Assembly: GCA_016705365.1 (NCBI GenBank)
Contig: JADIYI010000005.1
Span: 320,280-384,279 of the forward strand
Direction: 5' to 3'
Origin: Gammaproteobacteria bacterium
Lineage (GTDB): Bacteria > Pseudomonadota > Gammaproteobacteria > Pseudomonadales > UBA5518
Length of the DNA stretch: 64,000 nt
The translations under genes were made by a program, and so were the position numbers. The notes beneath the pieces were generated by a model. The model worked only from the letters and a program-made list of their open reading frames with translations, did not search any database and was not told the DNA's origin. Below are positions 35,707 through 44,249 of the stretch, piece by piece (positions within the stretch are counted from its first letter, which is position 1; every line of letters begins with the position of its first letter).

Positions 35707-37119
35707 ATGAATGACAGCACAAAGCCCCTGAGCTTCCCCGCCGCTGCGCTACCGTGGATCGAGAGCGCCACGGGGGGACGCATTCTCGAACTCACGCGCA
35801 TGGTGGTGCGCCGCGAGGCATGGCGCGTCGTGGTGGACGACGGCAGCGCCACGCCACGATCCTGGTTCCTGCGGATCGATCGCGCGATCGCCGCGGGCAA
35901 ACCCTATCCGCGCGATCTGGCGCGCGAGACCGGGTTGATCCGGTTTCTGCAGGCAAATACCGGGATCCCGACCCAGCGCATTCTTGGCTGGAACGACGAG
36001 CACGCGGTGGCGATCCAGTCCTTCGAGCCGGGACGCGCGGACCTGCACAACGTCTCACGCGAGGAACAGCATGACGTGATGATGCATTTCATGGACATCA
36101 TGGCGGAGATGCACTCCCTCGATGTACACGGGATCGGACTGCCACGCTTCGAGATCCCGCCCACGCCGGAGCAGCATTCGCTGATGGAGCTGCACGCGGT
36201 GGACGATCCCCGACTGGCGACGCTGCCGGTGGATTCCAGTACGGTATTGGGGGCGTTTGGCAAACGCTGGTTGCTCAACCATGTGCCGACCAGCGTGGAG
36301 CGCACCGTGCTGTTGCAGGGCGACACCGGACCCGGTAATTTCCTGTTCGAGGATCATCGCGTGACCGCGGTCGTGGATTGGGAGTGGGCGCATTATGGCG
36401 ACCCGATGGAAGACGTGGGCAATCTGTGGGTACGCGATTTCTTCACCCCGAGCTGTGGTGGCGACCTCACGCCATATATCCGGCACTACACGCAAAACGC
36501 CGGCATCACACTCGATCGGCAGAAGGCGATCTACTATCTCGTGCACCAGCTGGTGCGCTCGGTATTCACGCTCCCCGGGCTGGTGCGCCGACCCGACTGG
36601 AGGAGCACGGTCGCCCTCAACCTGGGTTACCAGGCGGTTTGCGACATCACCTGCTGCGAGGCGCTGGGCATGTACCACAGCCTCGCGGAGCCGCGCTTCG
36701 AACTCCTCGATATCCCCGAAGACATTCACGACGGACGACCCGGCATGAATGAGGACGGCGAGCTCTACCAGTTGCTGTCCGAACAGCTGGAACGCGGCAT
36801 CGCACCGGAGTTGCACAACGACTTTGCCCGCAACATGGCCCTGGGCGCTTCCGGCATCACACGCTACCTGGAGCGGCGGCACCTGTACGGCGCGGCCGCG
36901 GATTCGCTGGAGCACTCGGGTATCGATGCGATTCTCGGCGTGCGCCACGCATCGCTGAAAGAAGCCCGCCAGGCGTTCATGACCCGGCTGCCGCAACTGC
37001 AGGCTGCAGACGAGGAGCGCGTGATTCGCCACTGCTGGGGTGTGGCGCGGCGCAACATGCAACTGATGGAACCGCTGGTTGCGCGCTGGAGCTACTGCAA
37101 GCTGCCCACGTTGAACTGA
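35707..37119 (+). CDS. APH-fold phosphotransferase-family protein, copy 2
   Basis: 470 aa. 'LLQGDTGPGNFLFEDHRVTAVVDWEWAHYGDPMEDVGNLW' contains the catalytic-loop D...N and the DWE...GDP..D motifs. Confidence 0.85.
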   Translation: MNDSTKPLSFPAAALPWIESATGGRILELTRMVVRREAWRVVVDDGSATPRSWFLRIDRAIAAGKPYPRDLARETGLIRFLQANTGIPTQRILGWNDEHAVAIQSFEPGRADLHNVSREEQHDVMMHFMDIMAEMHSLDVHGIGLPRFEIPPTPEQHSLMELHAVDDPRLATLPVDSSTVLGAFGKRWLLNHVPTSVERTVLLQGDTGPGNFLFEDHRVTAVVDWEWAHYGDPMEDVGNLWVRDFFTPSCGGDLTPYIRHYTQNAGITLDRQKAIYYLVHQLVRSVFTLPGLVRRPDWRSTVALNLGYQAVCDITCCEALGMYHSLAEPRFELLDIPEDIHDGRPGMNEDGELYQLLSEQLERGIAPELHNDFARNMALGASGITRYLERRHLYGAAADSLEHSGIDAILGVRHASLKEARQAFMTRLPQLQAADEERVIRHCWGVARRNMQLMEPLVARWSYCKLPTLN

Positions 37120-37269
37120 TCCGTGTTCCGGGCGTGGCTGCATCCGCCCGGGTGTGCCACGTAACAGGCAATTCGCAGGCATTGCTCCTTGAGGATTGCC
37201 GTGGCTCCCCCTGATCACCCGCAATGCTATGCTCTGGCCTTCTTCGGAATCGATGACAGGGAGCTTGCC

Positions 37270-37872
37270 GTGCAACGACGTGACACGCTGAAAGGATTGC
37301 TGCTGCTCGGCGGTTTCGGTTTCCCGGCAGCGGTGCAACGGGCACTGGCCGCGGGCCTCACGCCAGAGGGTAGCGCCGCCGGTATGTTCGATGTGCCGGC
37401 GCGGGCGCTGGTCGCGGCGCTGGCCGAGCGCATCATCCCGGCGACCGATACGCCGGGCGCCGTGGAGGCTGGGGTGGTCGATTTCATCGAACAGATCGTG
37501 TTCAGCTGGTACACGGATGCCGAGCGCGCGATATTTCTCCAGGGACTGGAGGACGCCGGGGCGATGGCCACGACGCGGTTTCAACAAGACTTCGCGACGC
37601 TTGATGGCGAGCGTCAGGACCAGTTGCTGGGCGAACTCGAGCAGCGTGCGCTGGCTGTGGCAAAGCCTGCTGCGTTTTCCCTGCAACCCGACCTCGACGA
37701 GGACCTCTCACCGTTTTTTTCCAAGCTGAAGGAACTCGTCGTGGTGGGTTATTACACCTCCGAAATCGGCGCCACCCGGGAACTGCGCTACGAGCGCATG
37801 CCGATGGTTTATCGCGCCGATGTGCCGCTGGCCGAGATCGGGCGTGCCTGGGCAAACGGCATGAAGGACTGA
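37270..37872 (+). CDS. Gluconate 2-dehydrogenase subunit-3-family small subunit (Tat leader), copy 2
   Basis: The likely GTG start at 37270 gives the twin-arginine leader 'VQRRDTLKGLLLLGGFGFPAAV'. ATG 37189 is possible but would add a non-signal extension. Blocks 'IIPATDTPGA' and 'VVVGYYTSEIG'. Confidence 0.8.
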   Translation: MQRRDTLKGLLLLGGFGFPAAVQRALAAGLTPEGSAAGMFDVPARALVAALAERIIPATDTPGAVEAGVVDFIEQIVFSWYTDAERAIFLQGLEDAGAMATTRFQQDFATLDGERQDQLLGELEQRALAVAKPAAFSLQPDLDEDLSPFFSKLKELVVVGYYTSEIGATRELRYERMPMVYRADVPLAEIGRAWANGMKD

Positions 37873-37877
37873 GGGCG

Positions 37878-39569
37878 ATGCCGATGAATACGGATTTCGA
37901 TGCAATCGTGGTGGGTTCGGGCATCAGCGGTGGCTGGGCGGCGAAAGAGCTGAGCGAGAAGGGCTTGAAAGTTCTGGTGCTGGAGCGCGGCGCGCCGTTG
38001 ACGCACGGCGAGGATTACGTTGGCGAACATCGCGCGCCGTGGGAAACACCCCTGCGTGGCAAACCGCTGCGCGAGCTGTACAAGAGCGATTATGCGGTGC
38101 AGAGCACCTCGTTTGCCTTTGGCGAGAACAACCGCCCGTTCTGGAACAACGATCGTGAAAACCCCTATGTGATGGATGGCGAATCGCCGTTTCTGTGGAT
38201 GCGCGGCGCCGTTGTGGGCGGCAAATCGCTGATGTGGAGCCGCCAGGTTTATCGCTGGAGCGATATGGACTTCGGCGCCAATGCCCGCGACGGGCACGGC
38301 ATCGACTGGCCGCTCCGCTACGCGGATATCGCGCCATGGTATGCGCATGTCGAACGCTTCATCGGGGTCAGCGGCGCAGCCGAGGATATCCCGCATCTGC
38401 CGGATGGCGAATTCCTGCCGGCCATGGACATGAACGCCGGCGAGAAGCACCTGAAACGCGAGGTGGAGCAGAAATTCGCCGGTCGCCGCGTGATCATGGG
38501 TCGAGCGGCGGTGCTGACCCGCGAGCACAACGGGCGCGGCGCCTGTCATTACTGTGGACCATGCGAGCGCGGCTGCTCGGTGGGTGCGTATTTCTCGAGC
38601 CTGAGTTCCACCTTGCCCGCCGCGGCGAAGACCGGGCGCTTGACGCTGCGTGCCAACAGCGTGGTCGAAGGGCTCGATTACGATCCCGCCACGCGCAAGG
38701 TGAGTGCCGTGCGCGTCATCGACAGCACAAGTGGAGAACGGCTGCGCTTCAGTTCCCGCCTGGTATTCCTGTGTGCCTCCACGGTTGGCAGCACCCAGAT
38801 CCTGCTCAATTCACGCAGCGACAGCTTTCCCGAAGGGCTTGCCAACGGCAGCGGGACGCTCGGTCGCTACCTGATGGATCACACCAACGGTCTTGGTGCG
38901 TTCGGCCTGTTTCCGAACCTGCTGATGGATCGTTATTACAGTGGCAACCGTCCCAACAATATCTATATTCCGCGCTTCAGGAACCTCGGTGCCGGGGGTG
39001 ATGCAGCGGAATTCGTTCGCGGCTATGGTTTCCAGGGCGCCGCGTTTCGCACCAACTGGTCGATGAACTACCGGATGCCCGGTTTTGGCGCCGGGTTCAA
39101 GCAGACGCTGCGTTATCCCGGGTACTGGGCCATGTTCCTGGCGGGATTCGGCGAGTGCCTGCCGCAGCAGCGCAATCGCATGTATCTGCACCCGAACAAG
39201 GTAGACCGCTTCGGCATTCCCCAGGTCGCATTCGATTTCGCCTGGCACGACAACGAGAAGCGCATGTGCCGCGATATCGTCAACGAGGCAGAGGCGATGC
39301 TGAGAGCGGCAGGCGCGCAGATCGTGATGCGCCTGGAGGAACCGGAACCGCCCGGCGGCGCGATTCACGAGATGGGGAGCGCGCGCATGGGTCGCGATCC
39401 GGCGCAGTCGGTTCTGAACGGCTGGAACCAGGCACATGAGGTCGAAAACCTGTTCGTCACCGATGGTGCGGCGATGAGCTCGACCGCATGCGTCAACCCC
39501 TCGCTGACCTACATGGCGCTGACCGCGCGCGCCTGTGATTACGCCGTGGCACGGCTCCGTAGTGCGTAG
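37878..39569 (+). CDS. GMC-family FAD-dependent oxidoreductase (dehydrogenase large subunit), copy 2
   Basis: 563 aa. 'FDAIVVGSGISGGWAAKEL', four-Cys block 'ACHYCGPCERGC' at nt 38544-38576, and 'HEMGSARMG...NLFVTDGAAM'. Confidence 0.9.
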   Translation: MPMNTDFDAIVVGSGISGGWAAKELSEKGLKVLVLERGAPLTHGEDYVGEHRAPWETPLRGKPLRELYKSDYAVQSTSFAFGENNRPFWNNDRENPYVMDGESPFLWMRGAVVGGKSLMWSRQVYRWSDMDFGANARDGHGIDWPLRYADIAPWYAHVERFIGVSGAAEDIPHLPDGEFLPAMDMNAGEKHLKREVEQKFAGRRVIMGRAAVLTREHNGRGACHYCGPCERGCSVGAYFSSLSSTLPAAAKTGRLTLRANSVVEGLDYDPATRKVSAVRVIDSTSGERLRFSSRLVFLCASTVGSTQILLNSRSDSFPEGLANGSGTLGRYLMDHTNGLGAFGLFPNLLMDRYYSGNRPNNIYIPRFRNLGAGGDAAEFVRGYGFQGAAFRTNWSMNYRMPGFGAGFKQTLRYPGYWAMFLAGFGECLPQQRNRMYLHPNKVDRFGIPQVAFDFAWHDNEKRMCRDIVNEAEAMLRAAGAQIVMRLEEPEPPGGAIHEMGSARMGRDPAQSVLNGWNQAHEVENLFVTDGAAMSSTACVNPSLTYMALTARACDYAVARLRSA

Positions 39570-39579
39570 CACCGCACCC

Positions 39580-39678
39580 ATCCGCTTCGCGGGTCGAGAC
39601 GAGGAGACACTTCGAGCATACGTCCGTCACCAGGAGCACGAAGATGAGCGCCTGGGGCAGATGAATCGGCTGCGTTGA
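39580..39678 (+). mobile_element. 3'-terminal remnant of an IS200/IS605-family tnpA (Y1 transposase)
   Basis: The 33 codons 'IRFAGRDEETLRAYVRHQEHEDERLGQMNRLR*' match the C-terminus of IS200 TnpA as I recall it ('...VGKNTAKIQDYIKHQLEEDKMGEQLSI'). The rest of the gene is absent. Confidence 0.55.
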
Positions 39679-39715
39679 TTAGCCGCCGCGCTTGCTCAGG
39701 GCTGACTCCGTTTGC

Positions 39716-40033
39716 CTAGCCGACCCTGCCAGGTATCACCACCCACTCGGGTTCATCGAATTCCCCGATGATATTGATTTCGCATTTCTGGTAGTGCTCT
39801 GCGAGGATGTCGCGGACGATCTTGCTTCTGTTGTCGTCCTTTTGGTCTCGCGCCTGGCGGGATTCCCAGTTGGCGATAGCCAGCAACCGGTTTGGATTGT
39901 TGAGGTCACGGTGCAGGCGAGTGCCGAGAGCGCCCGGTGTTTGCTGGATGATTTCGCTGGCGCGAATCCAATTGGCTGCGTATTGCTCCACGGTGAAGCC
40001 CGGTTTGACAATAACTTCGAAGATAAATTTCAT
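39716..40033 (-). CDS. Antibiotic-biosynthesis-monooxygenase (ABM) domain protein
   Basis: 105 aa from ATG 40033. 'MKFIFEVIVKPGFTVEQYAANWIRASEIIQQTPGALGTRLHRDLNNPNRLLAIANWESRQA' shows the ferredoxin-like ABM pattern. G+C is lower than in the neighbours. Confidence 0.75.
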   Translation of the reverse strand: MKFIFEVIVKPGFTVEQYAANWIRASEIIQQTPGALGTRLHRDLNNPNRLLAIANWESRQARDQKDDNRSKIVRDILAEHYQKCEINIIGEFDEPEWVVIPGRVG

Positions 40034-40184
40034 GTATATCCGACGCCCCCCGCTTCGAGTAGCGATATTGTTCAGAGTCTTCCGGGCATTATAAGAGCGT
40101 CGTCGCGCAGTCGTTCCATTGAACGATTCCACATGGGCACTCTGATTGGGTTTTGCCCGGCTCGATCAGCTCGAGCCACGATGC

Positions 40185-40952
40185 TCAGCCCGCGCAGAGA
40201 CCGCCGTCCAGTGCCAGCGCCTGTCCGGTCATGAAACTGTTCTCGCGCGCACAGGCCCACAGCATGGCCTGCACGATCTCGGGTGGTTCGCCGAGACGCC
40301 GCATCGGAATGGCCGCCGCCATGTTGTCCAGGGTGCGGCTGTGTCCGCTGTGCAGCAGCTCGCCGAGGATCGGGGTGCGGGTGTAGGCGGGGCATAGCGC
40401 GTTCACCCGGATGTTGCGTTTCGCATACTCGAGCGCGGCGGTCCTGGTGAGGCCGATCACTCCATGCTTGGCCGCGGCATAGGCGGCCATCATCGGGGCG
40501 CCGCGGATACCGGCAACCGAACTCACGTTGAGGATCACGCCGCCGCCCTGCCTGAGCATATGCGGCAGTTCGGCGCGCATGCACAGGAACACGCCTTTCA
40601 GGTTGACCGCCACATTGCGATCGAAGGTCTCCTCGTCGCAGTCGGCCAGCCGCGTCAGCGCATGCCCGATGCCGGCATTGTTCAGCGCCACGTCGATGCG
40701 ACCGAAACGCGCGATGGTTGCGGCCACGAATTGCTCGACCTCGCTTGCGCGCGCCACATCGCAACCCATGCTGAGTACATTGCCCTCATCGAGCCCCTGC
40801 CCGCGCACCGTTTCGTGCAATGCCTCCACATTGATGTCGCTCAGCGCGAGCTGTGCCCCCGCGGCAGCAAAGCTCTTCGCCGCGAGCCGCCCGAAGCCGC
40901 TGCCCGCGCCGGTTATGAGGACCACCTGGCCGGTGAAATCGCAAGCTGTCAT
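40185..40952 (-). CDS. SDR-family oxidoreductase
   Basis: 255 aa. Motifs 'VVLITGAGSGFGR', 'NNAGIG', 'YAAAKHG' and 'NALCPAYTRTP'. Confidence 0.9.
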   Translation of the reverse strand: MTACDFTGQVVLITGAGSGFGRLAAKSFAAAGAQLALSDINVEALHETVRGQGLDEGNVLSMGCDVARASEVEQFVAATIARFGRIDVALNNAGIGHALTRLADCDEETFDRNVAVNLKGVFLCMRAELPHMLRQGGGVILNVSSVAGIRGAPMMAAYAAAKHGVIGLTRTAALEYAKRNIRVNALCPAYTRTPILGELLHSGHSRTLDNMAAAIPMRRLGEPPEIVQAMLWACARENSFMTGQALALDGGLCAG

Positions 40953-41010
40953 ACAACACTCCCCGTGGACCGGAATTCAACCGGGCATTGGCAAACCGTT
41001 TGCCGGGTTC

Positions 41011-41952
41011 TCAGCCGGGAGCTTGCGCCCCGGTCTGCGGTGCCGCGGCGCGACGCGCGAGCGTCACCCGGGAACCGTTGCGCCGCCCCAGCACGCCGCA
41101 GATCCACACCGAGCAATCCATCAGCCGTTCGAGGTCGATGCCGGTGTCGATGCCCATGCCGTGCAGCAGATAAACCACGTCTTCGCTCGCGACGTTGCCC
41201 GAGGCGCCGGCCGCGTAGGGACAGCCCCCCAAACCGGCGATGGCGGCATCGAACACCGCGACGCCGGATTCGAGCGAGGCGTAGATGTTCGCGATCGCCA
41301 TGCCATAGGTGTCGTGGAAATGACCGGCCAGCTGCGCCACCGGAACCTGCGCGCTCACCGCCTCGAGCATGGCGCGGGTGCCGCCCGGGGTGCCGGCGCC
41401 GATGGTGTCTCCGAGGCTGATCTCGTAACAACCCATGCCGTGGAGGGCCGCCGCCACCGCGGCCACGGCGCGCGGTTCGATGGCGCCTTCGTAGGGGCAG
41501 CCCAGCACACAGGATACGTAGCCGCGCACCCGCACGCCGGCATCGATGGCGGCTTGCATCAGGGGTTCGAAGCGGCCCAGCGATTCGGCGATCGAGCAGT
41601 TGATGTTGCGTTGCGAGAAGGATTCGCTGGCGGCCGCAAACACCGCGACCTCGGTGGCGCCGGCTGCCAGCGCCGCCTTGAAGCCCTTGAGGTTCGGCGT
41701 CAGCACCGGGTACGAGACACCGGGCAGGCGCACGATCCGCGCCATCACCGCGGCATTGTCAGCCATCTGCGGTATCCATTTGGGCGAGACGAAGGAGGTG
41801 GCCTCGATGGTGCGCAGTCCGGCCCGGCCCAGGGCGGCGATCAATTCCACCTTGAGCTCGGTGCCGAGCAATTGCGGCTCGTTCTGCAGTCCGTCACGCG
41901 GACCCACTTCGACCAGCCGGACCTTCGTTGGCAAAGTCATGGCGCTCTCCAC
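41011..41952 (-). CDS. Hydroxymethylglutaryl-CoA lyase
   Basis: 313-aa ORF, with the start possibly at MTLP (41940). Motifs 'VRLVEVGPRDGLQNE', 'GHFHDTYGMAIAN' and 'GLGGCPYAAGASGNV'. Confidence 0.9.
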   Translation of the reverse strand: MESAMTLPTKVRLVEVGPRDGLQNEPQLLGTELKVELIAALGRAGLRTIEATSFVSPKWIPQMADNAAVMARIVRLPGVSYPVLTPNLKGFKAALAAGATEVAVFAAASESFSQRNINCSIAESLGRFEPLMQAAIDAGVRVRGYVSCVLGCPYEGAIEPRAVAAVAAALHGMGCYEISLGDTIGAGTPGGTRAMLEAVSAQVPVAQLAGHFHDTYGMAIANIYASLESGVAVFDAAIAGLGGCPYAAGASGNVASEDVVYLLHGMGIDTGIDLERLMDCSVWICGVLGRRNGSRVTLARRAAAPQTGAQAPG

Positions 41953-41970
41953 GGACGGCGGGTGCGTTGC

Positions 41971-42924
41971 TCAGACCGTTTCGGTCAGCGCGAACTCCAT
42001 TGAGGTTACGGTCACGAATTTGTCGGCGCTGAGGCTGCGCTCGCCGTCCCAGCGGTAGGCGGCAAGCTTGCCGCCCGGCTTGGCAACGCTGTAATCGAGA
42101 CAGCCGATATTCGGTGCCAGTGGCGCCGGCTGGCCGCTCAGCCAGTAATGACCCATGAATACCGGAGGATCCTGGCGGCTGTATTCGAGCAGGTGATCAC
42201 CGGTGATATCGTCATCCGGAATCTGGGTGGCGAGCTTTTCCGAGCCGAGGTAGGCGGCGCGGTAATTGCGCGCCTCGCCATCCCACCAACGCACCCGGAT
42301 GTGATGCCGCTCGGTGCCTTCCTTGTCAAAGAAACTGTGGCCGCTCGGCAGCGCAATCTCCTTGCCCTTGAGCAGGGTTTCGACCGCCTTGAACTCCCAG
42401 TTGCCGTGGGTGCAGGAGGAGTAGAGCAGGCTGTTGCTGAGGCCGCCCGCGTGGTTGTAGTTGTTGCTGATCCGGGCAATCGCCTCGCGGTCCCAGCAGG
42501 CATGGACGATGCGCAGGTCGCCGAGGTCCAGCCACATCGGCAGCCGCCCGAACCAGTCGATCAGCTCGTGGTAATCGTCGGTGTATTCGTAGGCATCGAG
42601 GAATACCCGGTGCTGCTGGTAATTCTTGGCGTTGTGGTCACGGAAAAAACCGCCGCCGGAGCGTGGCGTGGCATAGGCAATCGCGTTGAATTCATGGTTT
42701 CCCATCACCGCGAGTGCGCTGCCGCGCTCGATCATCGGCCGCACGATGCGAATCACTCCGCGCTGGTGCGGTCCGCGGTCGATGAAGTCACCGAGAAAGA
42801 TCACCTTTCTTTCGGGGTGGCGATAGACGCCGTCAAACAGCGAGTACCCCAGCCGCCCGAGCAGGGCCTCCAGTGTTCGCGCGTGTCCGTGGATATCGCC
42901 GATGATGTCGTAGCCTGCTTGCAC
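41971..42924 (-). CDS. Calcineurin-like metallophosphoesterase (PrpE/ApaH-like)
   Basis: 317 aa. Motifs 'IIGDIHGH', 'IFLGDFIDRGP' and 'MGNHEFN'. Confidence 0.85.
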   Translation of the reverse strand: MQAGYDIIGDIHGHARTLEALLGRLGYSLFDGVYRHPERKVIFLGDFIDRGPHQRGVIRIVRPMIERGSALAVMGNHEFNAIAYATPRSGGGFFRDHNAKNYQQHRVFLDAYEYTDDYHELIDWFGRLPMWLDLGDLRIVHACWDREAIARISNNYNHAGGLSNSLLYSSCTHGNWEFKAVETLLKGKEIALPSGHSFFDKEGTERHHIRVRWWDGEARNYRAAYLGSEKLATQIPDDDITGDHLLEYSRQDPPVFMGHYWLSGQPAPLAPNIGCLDYSVAKPGGKLAAYRWDGERSLSADKFVTVTSMEFALTETV

Positions 42925-43090
42925 TGCCGCCTCGGTCGGGGGTGGATTCGATATTTATTCTAGTCGAGGAGACGGTCGGGGCGCGACCGCGCGGCGCTCC
43001 TTCACCCGGAGGCGTGGCGTCGCGACTGCCCGCGAAAGGCCAAAACATGATCAAATCGCCTCCAACGGCGTAAATAAAGGGGCTGAGGTG

Positions 43091-43987
43091 ATGAAAAAAT
43101 GGCTGTTGCGGATCGCGCTCTTCCTGCTGGTACTGACCCTGAGCGGTGCCACGGTGATCTACTTCGGCTTGCGCGAGCTGGGCTTTTTCCGGGAGCCGGT
43201 TTTCGAAACCGGAGCGCCGCTGCTGCCGGAGCTGCGCCATCCCGCCGTGCTGGTATTCTCGAAGACCAATGCATTCATCCACCGCGAGGCCATCCCGGCC
43301 GCGCAATCCGCGCTGCGCCGGATCGGCAAGGCACGCGGCTGGTCAGTGTACCTTTCCGACAATGGCGCGATCCACAACGCGCGCGATCTGCAGCGCTTCG
43401 ATGCCGTGGTCTGGAACAATGTCACCGGTGAGGTACTCGATGCCGGACAGAAACGCGCACTGCGCGACTACCTCGAGCAGGGGGGTGGATTCGTGGCGCT
43501 GCACTCGAGCGGCGACAGCAGCCACGAGGACTGGCCCTGGTACATGAAATCGATCATTCGCGTGCGTTTTGTCGGACATCCGATGCTGCCGCAGTTCCAG
43601 CGCGCCACGGTGCGCATCGAGCAGCCCGCGGATCCGATCATGGCCGGGGAAGAGCGCGCGTGGACCCGCGAGGACGAGTGGTATTCCTTTGCCGGCAGTC
43701 CGCGCGCGGACGGGGTGAGAATCCTCGCCACGCTCGATGAACAGAGTTATCAACCCGAGGCCTTTGGAAAGTCACTGCGCATGGGTGCGGACCATCCGGT
43801 GATCTGGAAGCATTGTGTGGGCGCCGGGCGCGTGTTCTATTCCGCGATGGGACACACCGCCGAGAGCTACGCCGAGCCGCGCTATCTGCAGCTGCTCGAG
43901 CGGGCCGTGACCTGGGCGGCGCGGCTCGAGCCGCAGGCTGCCGCGGGCGGAGCGCCATTGTCGTGCGAGGAAGACGCCGGTGGCTGA
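43091..43987 (+). CDS. ThuA-like protein with N-terminal membrane anchor, copy 2
   Basis: 298 aa from ATG 43091 (GTG 43088 is also possible). Anchor 'WLLRIALFLLVLTLSGATVIYF'. Then 'FFREPVFETGAPLLPELRHPAVLVFSKTNAFIHREAIPA', 'FDAVVWNNVTG', 'GGGFVALHSSGD' and 'GADHPVIWKH'. Confidence 0.85.
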   Translation: MKKWLLRIALFLLVLTLSGATVIYFGLRELGFFREPVFETGAPLLPELRHPAVLVFSKTNAFIHREAIPAAQSALRRIGKARGWSVYLSDNGAIHNARDLQRFDAVVWNNVTGEVLDAGQKRALRDYLEQGGGFVALHSSGDSSHEDWPWYMKSIIRVRFVGHPMLPQFQRATVRIEQPADPIMAGEERAWTREDEWYSFAGSPRADGVRILATLDEQSYQPEAFGKSLRMGADHPVIWKHCVGAGRVFYSAMGHTAESYAEPRYLQLLERAVTWAARLEPQAAAGGAPLSCEEDAGG

Positions 43988-44158
43988 GCCCGTACCGTCC
44001 GTCTCGTGGATGAAGAGTACCGGTATGCGCGGCGGGTTCAGGCTTGTCAGCTATCGGGTTTGATTACCCTGATGGCGTTTTCAGGCAGCAATTTTGGCCA
44101 GACCGCGTCGCGCCACGGGACACCGGGCATATTGCCCCGGATGCGAGCGAGTGCAAGG

Positions 44159-44225
44159 CCCATCGGTAAACCCATCGGTAAAGGCGTTGACCCGGACCGG
44201 CCGCATGATATTATGAGTACCGGTA
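44159..44225 (+). promoter_or_regulatory. Candidate promoter/operator of the P450 operon
   Basis: Perfect 12-bp tandem 'cccatcggtaaa' x2 at 44159-44182. TTGACC at 44187-44192, a 16-nt spacer, then TATTAT at 44209-44214. Immediately after comes 'GAGTACCGGTA' at 44215-44225, which contains the palindrome TACCGGTA. The same 11-mer occurs at 44015-44025. Confidence 0.4.
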
Positions 44226-44249
44226 GTTTCGTAAATTGGGGTGCTTGCG

